Assembly: GCF_963853765.1 (NCBI RefSeq)
Contig: NC_088854.1
Coordinates: 2,604,001-2,668,000, forward strand
DNA from: Magallana gigas
Lineage: Eukaryota
DNA: 64,000 nucleotides
Direction: 5' to 3'
Below are positions 1 through 13,441 of the stretch, one piece after another (position 1 is the first letter of the stretch; the number at the start of each line of letters is the position of its first letter). The notes under the pieces are model-generated. The model did not search any database, was not told the origin of the DNA, and was given only the letters and a program-made list of their open reading frames with translations. The position numbers and the translations under genes are program-made.

Positions 1-2
1 TC

Positions 3-182
3 AGTAATTGTTCCCATAGATTTAAAGGTGGTTGGTGGTATTACACCTACCACAAGTCAAACCTCAACGGACTATACCTGAAGGGCAGCCACTCGTCCTT
101 TGCTGATGGCGTAAACTGGTATCATTGGCATGGCTATCATTACTCACTCAAAACAACGGGGATGAAGATCAGGAGACAGTAG
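3..182 (+). CDS. 3' end of fibrinogen-related domain protein (FReD; ficolin/tenascin-like), partial
   Basis: Reads [59 protein letters not shown] (TAG 180-182), the FBG C-terminal motif, and is a close paralogue of 5751-5986. AATAAA at 252-257. Confidence 0.9.
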   Translation, partial: SNCSHRFKGGWWYYTYHKSNLNGLYLKGSHSSFADGVNWYHWHGYHYSLKTTGMKIRRQ

Positions 183-739
183 AACTTGATAACAAGTGTA
201 CATTATGTGTTTGATTCAAGTTTTGTTTTAGTTTTAATCATAATGTCTTTTAATAAACATTTATTTCCAAACTCAAACCTGTTTTTTTTCAGTATTGTTT
301 AGATACAATTAATTTATGAACGCGTATTATTGCGAATTTAAAAAACTCATTTGCTAAGAAAAACGCTTTTATGTGTGTATACTGGATATCAGAATGTGAA
401 AATATAATGACAATACAGTCATTTGGAGTATTTCGAATCTTTTGCTCGAACTTGGTAGCAAAGTTTATAAAAGGCATGCTTATAACTGATTGTTTCGTAT
501 CACCTGAAAAGAGCTTATGGCAGGAAACATGTTTGTGTAACAAAATACATGTATCTATCTTTGAAGTAGTGACTGACAGGAGTTCTTATGACACCACCAC
601 TTTTGTACATTGCGGGTCACTTCCTGGTATTTCGAATCGGTAGCTAAATTGGCACAAAACCGTCCAACAAGAGAAATATTTTTAACCAATCAGTTCACCT
701 TACTTCTTTACAATATAGAAAAAAATAAAGAATTCGTTA

Positions 740-1205
740 CTATACTCTGTCCCGAGTTTATGCTTCCATCGCTTGTTACCTCGATAACCATTAATACCTT
801 TGAGTTCAAACTACGTTCATCCACTAATATGAAAAATGTCCAGATTATTTGTTTTGAAACGCCCCCCTACCACTTCAGGTTTCAATACACATCCCAAAAT
901 TGAAAGTCTACGGGAATTTAACATTGCATCAGCCATTAATAAGTCCGGATAATAACGTTGAAAAATAGCCAGACGTGTCCCGAGTACTTCCGAATGGAGA
1001 AAAGATGTGAACATTTCCAATCTCCGTAAGAAATTTGTTTTCGTTCCTGTGAACTTTTATGGGTGAAAAATGATTATTTGTCAATGAAGATATCTTGGAT
1101 ATATTCCTTTTCATAGATTTCAACTGTATATCTTTCACAGGTATGTGTATTTTTATCAAATATCATCAAAAAGTGATGGAAACAATAACTTGGGACAGAC
1201 TATAG
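740..1205. mobile_element. MITE with about 36-bp imperfect TIRs and TA target duplication (Tc1/mariner-like), copy 1
   Basis: TA|CTATACTCTGTCCCGAG ... CTTGGGACAGACTATAG|TA. The body is similar to 4932-5377 and, reverse-complemented, to 61466-61879. Confidence 0.8.
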
Positions 1206-1826
1206 TATTTTTGTAAAAGCTTTTGACTATTTTATTTTTAATAATACTCCTAAGCGTTGCTCAAACACAATCTGTAGAAACACAAAGAAAACGTGCACAA
1301 CATTATGGTCATTATTTACCAAATCAACATGGTGCAATCTCTGGTAACGTTTTATTCTTCTGAGTTTTTTAACGAATGGTTGACGGATGGGCAGCAAATA
1401 TTAAGACGGTTGATGTCATAAAAACTCTCATGATAACTTAAATGGATAGTAAACTGTCATGATAATTTATATTTTGATTGGTACTATTTGCATAATTATC
1501 GTTACACGCAAATAGCTACGAACATGAAGACCAGAAAACAATATCAATCTTGGTTGTTGTATACACTCTGTGTTTTAAGTATCCTTGGTTATCCTTTAAA
1601 GTCAATACATGTAGTTTACTGATATCAGTAATATTATCTGGGTCTGGTATTCTGATTTATTTTGCTGTCATGAAAACTCTTTACAGTTTTTTTTTTCAAA
1701 ATAACATATAATATCATTGCAGTCCTAAATCCTTAAAAAATATGGATCTCTATTGAACTTTTCAGTGTTACAAATAAAAGAATCACATATATATGAAAGA
1801 AATATATGTGCTATATAGATCCAATT

Positions 1827-2866
1827 CAGAGGCGGATCCAGCAATTTTGAAAAGGGGGGGTTCCAATTGATGAAAATCAATACCTGCAAAATTCATTACT
1901 TGTCAATAAACAAGGACTTTTTGAAAGTTTTCCCTGCGTAAATTTAATAAAAATTTATTTAGTCACTATCTATTTCACATCTATTTTAACATCAGAGTGC
2001 ACTGCATTATTGAGCGTTTTTCTGTTTTGGTTTAGGTAAAGAAGATTTGCATAATTTCTGGCCTTAAAAAAACCAAGCATCCAGCAATAAAAACGTGCGC
2101 CTATGCTTAATAGAAAAGAAACACTAAAAACAAAAAATAATTCGGACTAATTACGACAAGTTATTATAAAAATGGATTTTTTTGGTAATTTTTTATGTCT
2201 TTGATGTTTAGATTCTGAACTATTTATCGATTTTGATTTCTATCGATTGCCTTCTTAGATAAAGGTCTAAATGATCGGATATGACAAAAGAATGGGGATA
2301 ATTTATCTGCTGAATATATGGTATATGTGTAATACAATGGTACAAGCAATTGTCGTCTCAGGAAACTCCTGTAATGGGTGCGCTACATGATCCGGTAGTA
2401 GTACAGATGCGATCATACATGTATAAGTTCTGCATTTTCATAATAGTTTACATATAACCCTTTTACACGGTAGTTTTGTAACAGAATTTCCGATTGTTGG
2501 AAACAAAAAACAAAAAAAGGCTTTTTTTGTGTCTCATGTGGGTATGAGGGTAGATAGCATTCCAGAAAAATAGCATAACCCACGAGTTTATTCGGTGTAG
2601 TAAACACCGGATGCTGAAGGAGAGTACTTTATTTCGATAAAAAAAATCGATAGGGTTTTTTTCATATAGGAACAAAATTACGGTACGTTGTACGAAATTC
2701 TTTAAATAAGCAATTTTATAAGCATTTATTTGAGATTATTAGAGTATTTATATTATAAATGGGGAAATTATCTTTAAATAGGCATTAAAGGTTTCCAAAA
2801 AATTCATTTGTCCCAAAGAAAGGGGGGGTTCCGACCCCCGGAACCCCCCCTCTGGATCCGCCAATG
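1827..2866. mobile_element. Non-autonomous DNA transposon, CAG...ATG ends, 5-bp TSD CAATT
   Basis: Left end CAGAGGCGGATCCAG, right end CTGGATCCGCCAATG (13/15 inverted match). G/C runs lie inside the ends, and CAATT flanks both sides (1822-1826, 2867-2871). Confidence 0.7.
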
Positions 2867-3024
2867 CAATTAATAATATATGGGCGTATCGAGCCACCTT
2901 AAAGTGACGTGCTAAGCGTGTTTATATGTTGAAAGTTTAAAACAGTATGTTGTCATTAGAGTGTAATATGATGACAAGTACGCAGCACATCACGTTACAC
3001 ACACGAACATAACTAATCCTCGTG

Positions 3025-3032
3025 TATAAATA
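3025..3032 (+). promoter_or_regulatory. Candidate TATA box for the FReD gene (possible non-coding first exon ending at a GG|GTGAGA donor near 3108)
   Basis: TATAAATA followed about 75 nt later by a donor-like site. An acceptor (TTTCAG, 4321) precedes the coding ATG. Motif evidence only. Confidence 0.3.
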
Positions 3033-3797
3033 AGCGTAGGAACCTTCAATCAAACTTTTACGGCAAAATAAGTGTACTGTGAAACTCTCAATTAATCAAT
3101 GACTCGGGTGAGAATCCATATCCATTCTTACATTTTATCTCAGCTATTTTGATTTATAATTTGATTATGGTTTTCCTTATTGAATCTTTACCTAAATCAA
3201 CATTCATTTGTTTTGATCTACTTTCTTTGAACTCGCATTACTTTTCCTAGACATAAGCTGGTGTTTTTTCTGCGATGTTTGATTGTGTTTCAAACGATTA
3301 ACATTCTATGCTAATTATTGGTCCAATACTATTTTAGACAATATCCAGGTTTAAAGGAATATATGGCGTTGTTCTTATGATGAAAACTTTTAGATCATTT
3401 TTTATTTCATTTCTTTCATATAAAAATTTGATTTTTTGGGATGTTTTTAAACTCATGCCATACGAAAAGTTATCTTTTCTGACGCCATATTACTACATCT
3501 ATATATCGTCATGCAGATGACGGATGATGTACATTCATTTGATAAACTTATCCTTTCATAGATATTATTTCAAATAGTTTAATAATTAATAGTTAAAAAT
3601 AATTTGCAATTATCGGATACCAGCAGTTTGAAATCTTCTCAAGATAAATTGGACAGTATATGCTTAAAACTGTTATTCTGTACGAGTCTTTTCCCACGAA
3701 ATGTATACAATGTCAACAGTTTAATCATAAGCGACAATAAATAATCAAATTTCAAAAATGTTACCGCTATCATTGATACAAAATTTTCACTTTTTAA

Positions 3798-4290
3798 AGG
3801 GACTTAGACACGATTTAAGATCAAAAATTTTATTTTTATTTTTTATGTATAAAATGCTTTACTGGTGCATTTTAAATGATTGACCAAAATATTGAATGTT
3901 AAAGTCAAGGTACAAGCGAGATACAGAAGTAAGAAATGGTTGTTATTTAAACAAAGCTCGAGTCTTATAGTTGTTTACAAAAAATGTAATGTAGAGAATT
4001 ACCATTTCTTCGACAAAATGACAAGTAAAAACTAATTAAAATAATTCAGTATCTTCATAAATACTATTATCAACAAAAGAAAGATACATTTGATTGAAAC
4101 TTACACCAATACAACACATATGTAAAAAATGACAATATTAGAGTTTGTTTACAAAACAAAGAATTATGAACTCTGTATCTTGCTTATAACTTGATATTTG
4201 ACTTTCAAATTTTGACATAGCATTATAAACTTCTATATTTATCAGTATAAACATTGAAAATAGAAAAATAAAATTTGAAAATTTGCTTTT
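3798..4290. mobile_element. Truncated Kolobok-like non-autonomous element
   Basis: Begins TTAA|AGGGACTTAGACACGAT (TTAA target, RR terminus). A related fragment starts near 58628. No intact right end seen. Confidence 0.4.
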
Positions 4291-4333
4291 AATATTCACG
4301 TAACATTGGGTTTACTTTCAGCGGAAAAGCAGT

Positions 4334-5986
4334 ATGCATAGAAAAATGTCAGATGCAAGTAATCTTAATATTCCGTATGCAGCCCTCGTTTGCTGGTTCA
4401 TATTAACCAATCTTTTGGACCCCACGTTAGGTCAGTAAAAAAATACGTGACCAGGTAAGGCTCTTCTTGGTCATTTTTGTGGACCTGGGCTTATTACGTG
4501 TCGGATTGTTGTTGTATTTAAAGGAAGCAGTTCTCAAATTTTGACATTTTCAATCTTTTTCAGCAAGCTGTCAACGTCCCATTGATTGCCAAGATGTTCT
4601 GTGGTCGGGTCGTAATACAAGCGGTGTCTACACGATTTATCCACAAGGAACAGGTGGATTCAAGGTGTATTGTGACATGACCACGGCTGGGGGTGGATGG
4701 ACGGTATACATTGATAAAATCCTCATTCATATTTTTTTTATATTTTGATATGTCATGTTAGTAAATGTATTATATTTATTTTAAAACTTCAAGTTTTCAC
4801 GATAGTCTTTACATTAGGTTCTTCAAAGACGAATGAATGGTAATGTTGGATTTAATAGGGTTTGGAGAGAGTACCAGTATGGATTTGGCAGTATTGGGGG
4901 AGAACACTGGATAGGTACGGAGCAGTTAAAGCTACAAAACCCTGTCCTGATTTTTTTGCTTCCACCACTTTTTGCTTTATATTTCGATAACCAGAAATAC
5001 CGTTCATCCACTAATATGAAAAATTGTTCAGATTAATTATTTTGAAACGCCCCCTCTACCGCTCCAGGTTTAAATACACAGCTCAAAATTAAAAGTCTAC
5101 GGGGATTTTGCATTGCATCGGCCATGAAATAACCCGGATGATAACGTTGCAAAATTGTTCGAGGTATTCCGAGTAATTCCGAATGGCGAAAAGATGTACA
5201 CATTTTCCATTATAAATCCCCATAAGAAATGTGAACTTTTATGAGTGAAGAATGATAATGTGTCAATGAAGATATCTTGAATTTATTACCTTTTATTGAT
5301 TTCATTTGTTTTTCTTTCACAGTATGTGTATTTTTATAAACAATTGTGATGGAAGCAATAACTTGGGACAGACTATAAGCAGATATATTTCATGCAGTAG
5401 TTGGTTTTTTTCCTGAATAAAGTAAAACTTTCTTAAATAAAAGGAAACCAGAGAATTCATCAGTTGACTTCTCAGGGTTGGTACGAGTTGCGAGTCGACA
5501 TGTCTGACTTCAGCAAGAGAAGCCGATTTGCATACTACCGAATTTTCTCTGTGGGGAATAAAACTTCCGGCTACCGTTTGACGGTTGGAGAATACGAGGG
5601 AAATGCAGGTAACTGTTGCAGTGACGAAATTAAGTTTAGTTTACCCACAATGTCAATAATTTCAAATTTATGTACTATATATATATGTATTTATTATAAT
5701 GATAATCCACAATACCGGTATCAATTTAAAATTTAAACAAAATTTTACAGGAGATTCGTTGAAAGCCCACAATGGACAATCTTTTTATGCAAGAGACAAA
5801 GATAACAATGAATGTTCAAAACTATATAAAGGTGGATGGTGGTATAAAAACTGCCACAAGTCGAACCTCAACGGACTATACCTAAAAGGCAGCCACTCTT
5901 CATATGCTGATGGCGTGAACTGGTATGATTGGCATGGCTATCATTACTCACTCAAAACAACGGAAATGAAAATCAGAAGACAGTAA
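4334..5986 (+). CDS. Secreted fibrinogen-related domain protein (FReD; ficolin/techylectin-like), about 244 aa, 5 exons
   Basis: join(4334-4430,4564-4703,4818-4914,5444-5608,5751-5986), all GT-AG and phase-consistent (735 nt). Hydrophobic leader, then [81 protein letters not shown]. Confidence 0.92.
4932..5377. mobile_element. TA-type MITE copy 2, in FReD intron 3
   Basis: Colinear similarity to 740-1205. The right TIR CTTGGGACAGACTATA is intact and the left TIR is degenerate. Confidence 0.75.
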
Positions 5987-7208
5987 ACTTGGAAATGAAG
6001 TTTGCACTATGTGTGTGGGTTGGTGGGTTTTTTTGTTTTTTTTTGGGGGGGGGGGGGTGCAAGATTTGCTCAAGATTTAATCATACGATTTTTTTTTATT
6101 AATCATCAATATCTAAATCATGAGAAGATGAAATAATTATGCATTGGAACTCATTGTCATCAGTTTATTAAAGGAATGAATTTAGCTGAACAGTTGGGAA
6201 ATTTTTTTAATTTGAAAGAACAATGACATCATTTAGTAGATGATGTTACATAGTTACATGTATATCGTACATTTTAAGAGATTTCAATAATGTTAAATCA
6301 TAAATTTATAAATGCAATCAAAATATCTTTATGCAGTATTCTTTCAAAAATTCTGACACAAGCAAAATAGAACCATTGATTATAGATATGGTTTTGTTTG
6401 AAGTTCATTTTATTATTGATTAAACACTATTAAAATGTATTTTTAAAAATGTGACGCAGAAGTATATCAAACCTGTTTTGTGCAACGATAATGTATTATA
6501 AAAGAATCTCGCTTTTAAGTGTGTAGATTGAAAATCACAATGTGGAATTAATTTATTAACGTGAATGACGACCTACATAGTCCGCTAAGAAAGACAACTC
6601 TATATTCCACTAACCTCTCATTTGCATGATTTTAAAAGTGTTCTAAGCGGGATAACAAGTTCTACGTAACTTGGGTTAACATTTACACCCACTAAGAATG
6701 ATTCATTCTATTTCTTACAAAAATTAATTAACTAGACATAATTAATTTATACCTCTATATAGAAACTGACAGGACTAAAATCTACACGACTTTGTTCTAA
6801 CCAGTTATTAATTGGTCGAAACGTTCAGCAACCTTAAAAAAATATATCACGGGTTACGTTTTTATTCTCCAATGTCGCTTCCTTCAATTCCCGAATGAAT
6901 CACCACCCAAAACTCAGCAAAGGCATCAAAGGAAATGTGAGGGTAAACAGTGACAATGGTCAGTAATCCAAGAAGACTGCACTCTCGGTACATCAGCATC
7001 AAAATTATAAACGACACCCTCCGTTCATTGGATCAACTGTGGATGTGAAAGGGTCCCTCTCTATACAGACAAAACGGTCTCCTTTAACCATAATCCCTCC
7101 CCTAAAAATATATGTAAAGTCATTTTTATTTCATTGTTTATTTAACCTGTTGGTGGGGTGTGAGTGTGACTGGGGTGGGTTTATTTCTCAATGTATCGGC
7201 TTTCTTCA

Positions 7209-7402
7209 TGTATCATACAATTCCGGTATTCTTATACAAACTAACTAAATCTCGGGGGTCCGGGTCAAAGTTTCCGGGGGGGGCAAATTTTTTTTATAAT
7301 CTTTACTATTTTGATTTATCATACAATTCCGGTATTCCTATACAAACTATCCGGGTTAAAGTTTCCGGGGGACCTTTTTTATAATCTTTACCATTTTGAT
7401 TC
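7209..7402. repeat. Two-copy imperfect direct repeat (about 85-108 bp unit)
   Basis: ATCATACAATTCCGGTATTC(T/C)TATACAAACTA..CCGGG..AAAGTTTCCGGGGG..TTTTTTATAATCTTTAC.ATTTTGATT occurs twice. Confidence 0.7.
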
Positions 7403-9579
7403 AACAATTGTACAAAATTTGAGGATCCCACCAATCCGCTCATGTAAACGCAAATTATATATACTCGTCAGGATAGAACGAGAGTCCAGTACACGAGCAA
7501 AACATTCCTTATTCTTGAATAAAATATTAGTCAAAAAAGAAAATTTATATATATATCATATAAATATAGTCTCCAAATAATGTTGTTGCGTTTATTGCAA
7601 TATCAATACCACTTATTCTCCAAACGTAAATTTACAAATGTCGACGGGTGCCATCGTTTTCGCTATTGGATATACCAACTATTTCTCCGGGGATAAGCAA
7701 GCATTTAATCAATGTGGCACTTTAATCATCCCTGGCTTTCTGCTTGTTACATACAGGTTGTATTCATTATTGATGGGTACATCTAAATCCTTCAGTAATT
7801 TAGCGGTTTCTTGACTAAAGCATCGAATTATAACATCAAAAAAAGTTGAATATAATAGAGTCTAATCAAGCTAATCAAACATCAGAGAGGTTGAATATAA
7901 TCTAAGAAATGGAGAGAAAATCGAAGTGATGGGCAAAGATAGAGAGATGGGTTAATGCACACTAGAACCATCAGAAGTCCCATACCGGCGGGTTTTAATG
8001 TATCCCCTGTGATTTACACATGTGTTAAGGTTTAGAGTGTATATAGCGATCTATTCCAATCAGAATAAATCACTCGCTCGTGTATGGCGCCCTCCGCGGT
8101 TTAGAATATCCTCACAGTCTAAAGTAATACTACACCCCGAACCTACTGTAGGCTCAACAATCAATGCATATATTATCTAGTTATAACAAAAATCTCCGCG
8201 CTGCTTTTTTGAGAAGTAAATAGTTACAAATAACGCCTGTGCCGCGGTAGTTGTGACAAACCGGGTTTTCAAGAAGGAAAATCTGTTGCGTTGGTAACGC
8301 GCTTGGAGAATGAAATCACGCGAGACAAGAATAGTATCATCAACCTAGCGGCGTCTGTGCGTACTTTATGCGATATGGAGGTTTGGAATGTTCCTCCTTA
8401 AGAGAAATCATCGAACGTTGCACCGATATCTAATAACTGTTTATTCTGGAAACTTTCAACTGCACGGGCGGGGCCACCGGCTGAAGTGCACGTGCGTCGG
8501 AACCCCAAGGAATCTGTATTCACTCGTATGAAACACTGGGGTAAGTATATGTGTGGAGCCGGTGTGAATGATTGCAGTAGTATGTAGGGTGTGTTTGAAG
8601 GTCGAGGTAATATAAATGTGAGCAGGATATACAATCAATCACATCTCTCCGTCTCACGCCCTGTGGAGTAACAAGATGCAAAAACTGAGCGATGTGACAG
8701 GGATCCATGGTAACGGTTTTATTAATATCATTGGATTCTTTCTCTCACATTACGTAATGTACAAGATATGAAAATAAAAATAGGATCCGTCTAGTGATTA
8801 TTTGGTCTACTCATCCTGGGGGAGGGGGAGGCGAGTGGAGTCTCGTTCTTTTGATGGTGTAGATTGAGCTAATATGCCGGTCTTTGAGGGGCACATGTTG
8901 TAGAGTAAGCCAGATGCATCTCAAACCTAATCACTATGTTAATGACCGTTGAGGCTTCGTGTGAATCCATGTACATGTTGCCGGTAGGTGAATGGCTCCA
9001 CATCCAGAAGTTTTATCTTTCTTTTCGTTATAGAAGGGACCTCTATCAGTCGCTACTGATTATCTATATGGACACAGTGTGTTTGTTTTTGATGACGAAT
9101 TTAAGAATTAAACTAGACTCGATTCTCTGGTTGTTTGCAGTCTGTGGACGTGTGATTCTAACTGTAGTGTTTTGTTGATAACGCTGCCCTGTGTATTATA
9201 AATGGAGCATCAAACCCCGCACTGTCACTCAGGGATCTATCTTCGTTGTCATACGTCCATACCGGTAAATAGGTCAATTCTCCTACACCAAAAAAAAAGA
9301 AGTTTTATAAGGGAAGAAGGGGGATAGGGTTAATTTCTGTTTCTTTGGACAATGTACAAAATATTCCATCGATTCTGAGAGGGATATGATAATTTTCAAT
9401 ACAGATAAAAATAACATTTAGTTCTTTTCCAAACTCTATATAAGCATAGATCTTCCGTCAGGTTTTTATTTACTCTCCTTGTATCAAGCTGTTGTCGTTA
9501 GATATAATGGATATAAGGAAAATGAATAAGTAAATTATCATAATCAATATAACTGTCTAGTAGCTAATGTCAACTTATT

Positions 9580-9582
<3 letters not shown>

Positions 9583-9632
<50 letters not shown>
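9583..9632. repeat. (TC)n microsatellite
   Basis: Direct observation. Confidence 0.95.
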
Positions 9633-9635
<3 letters not shown>

Positions 9636-9961
9636 TATGTACACAAGTATCAACATGGCTGTATGACATTCCCATTTATATAAAACTGCACAATTTGTTC
9701 TTCAATGACATGTTCTAAGTTAAAAGAAATCAACATAGTTTATGCATTTGGTATTTTAGTACAAACTAGTTTCCTTACATAACTGTATTCATTACAAATC
9801 CTGTAACGTAACTCGTCTCAAACTTCTAAATTGCATTATTTACCCTTGTGTGTGTGATAAAACAGCTGGGGGGGGGGGGGATAAACATTCACACCACGGA
9901 TACGCGCGCACACTTGGCATGCTCACTCGCTCAGCCGACTGTAAAGCCCTTCAGTTATGTA

Positions 9962-10716
9962 CACAGGTAAAATTGCAACATATGTTCAACATATGTTTAA
10001 CATATGTTGAACATATGTTCTGAAACATATGTTCGCCATAAAAACCGAGCACCATATGTTAAACATATGTTAAAAAACATATGTTCATCATATGTTTAAC
10101 ATATATTAAACATACGTTTTTGATAACCATATGGTTATCATATGTTTATAAATATATGTTAGACATATGTTGAACATATGTTAATTTCATTTTTGTGTTT
10201 ACTCATTTTCTTTATCTTTTGGGATTATTTACACAACATGTATCACATATGTCATGCATATTTGAAAATATGCCTTTAAATATTTTTTTTTTATTTTTGA
10301 ATTCATTGTTGGTACAGATTTTCTTTCTGAATTACCCTCTTCAACTGATTATCCTGTTTTTACAACACTGAGTCTTTTAAAAATTGCATTAATTTTGCAG
10401 CTCCAGCTATCTGATGAAAAAAAAAACAGAGATAAAAATACATATCATTTTTATTGTTGCAAATATCATATAGACAAGTTTGTTATTCTCCTGTGAATGG
10501 TTCTCACTCACTGCAGCTTTAATAGTTTCTGAAAAAGAAACAGAGAATGTAACACTTTTTAAGATGGTTTATAAGTTTATAATTGCCTATGTTGTTCCAT
10601 TATTAAAATAAAAGTTTGAAGAGTATCAAGATCAAGTTGCAAATACAACATGATTTAAGTTTTTTCATTCTATTCCTTACGTAAATTTTGTTGAAATCTA
10701 ACATCATTGTAAGTTC

Positions 10717-10769
<53 letters not shown>

Positions 10770-12664
10770 TAATAACTATATACCTGCATTAATCCCACTT
10801 TTTGTCCAACTTCTTTTTCGATGTGCTGTTTATCATTTCACAAGTCAAGTCTAAACTTCTGTCTAAAATATTAATACAAGTGCAAGTAACCACAATCAGA
10901 CCTTTTAAAATTTTGCAAATTAAGAAGTGGAAAACCATTAATATATTTGTGTTATGTTTACAAAGTGAGATTTTAAAATCTTACAAAAAATCATTAGAAC
11001 TAAGAAAATTTTATAATTAGCATCAACCATACAGTCAGAGCCATGTTTAAATTTAATTACCATAACTTGTATAGAAAATGTAGTGCAGATATCTTTGAGC
11101 TCAGGACGAATATCTGGATCCTGGATCTTTCATTCATTCATTGTCTTCAGACTGCATCCAAAAAATCTTACAAACCTCTGCACTACTACATCCATTTGCT
11201 ACAAATTATAATACTCTGTCAAACAGTGTTACTCATTATTTGATATTCATTGAACCTAATTAACTTTACTACAATAATATTACATGTTTAAAAAATAAAC
11301 ATAATGCTGCAGTTTTGAAGAAATGTAAGAAATTTTTGTAATTATGTACTGACTTCTTCATAATCTCTGACACTGTGTTATTTGATGCCATCTGTGATGT
11401 GTCAACTATAGTCACTGCATTCCTAAAATAAAAACACTTTTTTCAATTAGCATGTAATAAAAATTACACTATAAATATTGATAAAGATTTTTTAAAAATA
11501 AAAATAAATTGAATTGATATAAATATTTCAATGAAAAGATATAAATCATTGTACAATTTGTGTTGACACAAAATAATTCATTAGGAATTTCCCTGTGGGA
11601 CTGTAAAGACTTTTTCCATTAATAACTGATTTAAAACAACAATATAAGACATACTCGTTGCTTTGCAATGAGCTTTGCTCTAGTTTTGGGGGCTACTTTT
11701 ACTTTCCAAGTTTTTAAATGCGTCTGATCTTAATATATTTTTCAAATCTACATTTTTATGCTTGTTTACCATTAAACTTGTAAGGTCTAACGTTAAATAA
11801 ACTGTAGACAGTAAGCTGTTGAGTTGTAGCTTTGTGTGAAGAAATTTACAGACCTAACCTTTTCTGAGATATTCTACATTCTGTCATTCGTAAACATGGT
11901 AATTACTGTATGATTCATTCACTGTATTTTGATAACAATTTCAACAGCCGTAGAGGTTCAATTATAGAGCTGGTTTTTAAAAAGTTTAACAACAATGATG
12001 ACCGTCGGTTGCAGTTGTTGACATTACATTATTTTATACAGTATGGTTTTTCAATCCGAATTTTTTAAAAGAACACAACTACAGCCCGTAGATTGACTCA
12101 TTGCCACTATATAATTTTAAATAGGTAAATAAAAACGCATTCTTACCGTATAAGTACAAGTTTAAATACATCCTGCAGATTGATCTTCTGCCTCCGTGAC
12201 GTAAAATCTGACGTATGTTTATGAACACTAAATTTAAAACCGATTCAGGCTTAAATCCGGATTTGTTAACGAAACACTTCATATGAAAAAAATGCATGGC
12301 TAATGTTGATTATATAATTTGTTTATACACGTATTCATTACTACATATCTAAAAATTTAAGCCAACAAACATGTTTAATCAACATAACGCAAATTGAAAA
12401 CATATGCTGATCATATGTTTTAAACAAACATATGTTCAAAATATGTTAAACATACGTTGAACATATGATTACCACAACTATATGTTCAACATATGTTTGA
12501 GTCTGTAATATGTTTAACGTATTTTTCAAACATATGTTAACAATATATTTCAAACATATGTTCAGCATACTGTGAAAAATTCATATGTTCAACATATGTT
12601 CAACGTATGTTCAACATATGTTACTCGAAACATATGTTGAACATATGTTGCAATTTTACCTGTG
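9962..12664. mobile_element. 2.7-kb non-autonomous TIR transposon, CAC...GTG ends, TA TSD, subterminal AACATATGTT palindrome arrays (CACTA/EnSpm-like)
   Basis: TA|CACAGGTAAAATTGCAACATATGTTCAACATATG ... CATATGTTGAACATATGTTGCAATTTTACCTGTG|TA, a perfect TIR of more than 30 bp. Many AACATATGTT-type units lie at 9977-10160 and 12330-12650. No transposase ORF. Confidence 0.85.
10718..10766. repeat. (GA)n microsatellite
   Basis: Direct observation. Confidence 0.95.
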
Positions 12665-13120
12665 TAACACGTGTAAATATTATAATAATTTTTCGTGTTG
12701 TTTTTTGGAAGCAATTTGTGAATTATGACACATGTTAAACGTCGTATAATTATCGACTCAAACTCGGCTTCACACTTAGCTTCATAAATATCCTGTTGGG
12801 TGTCTACATGCTCATCAGTATATCGATTCAGGTAGGAATGATACATACAGGTGGACGAAACATGTTTATTGTATAAAACACACAAAAGGGTCAGAGGCAA
12901 GTTCGTACAACTTATACTTGAAAACTAATTTAAGTAATACATTTACCATGCTCCCCTATGTACAGGACTCATCATAATCTATAACCAATCAACACGTGTA
13001 ACACAGGGTTATGGTCAGAGTACATTTATTTTAGCGCTTATTGATTCATATTGTTTTGTATTTAGAAAATTCATTTTTAATATCTATTTTCAATAATTTA
13101 TCATGTGATCAATTTGTTCT

Positions 13121-13122
<2 letters not shown>

Positions 13123-13168
<46 letters not shown>
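13123..13168. repeat. (GA)n microsatellite
   Basis: Direct observation. Confidence 0.95.
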
Positions 13169-13173
<5 letters not shown>

Positions 13174-13441
13174 ATAATAATACAATTGAGTTTTTTAAAA
13201 TATGAAAATAATTTTTATCAATCATTTTCTCTATTTTTTCAGCACCCACGTGAGAAGATTTCGATACAAGGGATAGGCTTATTTATGTTTTGGTGTAAGT
13301 ATTTAACTAATCATTGGGAGAGAGATGGTGTAGCTCTCCAGTCTATATAAGCCACGAGTTATGTTGACCTAAGATTACTTGCTCACATATAACATTAATA
13401 GTGTTTACCCATCTGTTCCTCGCAGATTATACTATGTACCC

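Noticed and set aside
7440-7810. Possible decayed LINE endonuclease fragment on the minus strand
   Set aside because: Only vague similarity, interrupted by stops; not supportable without a translated search.
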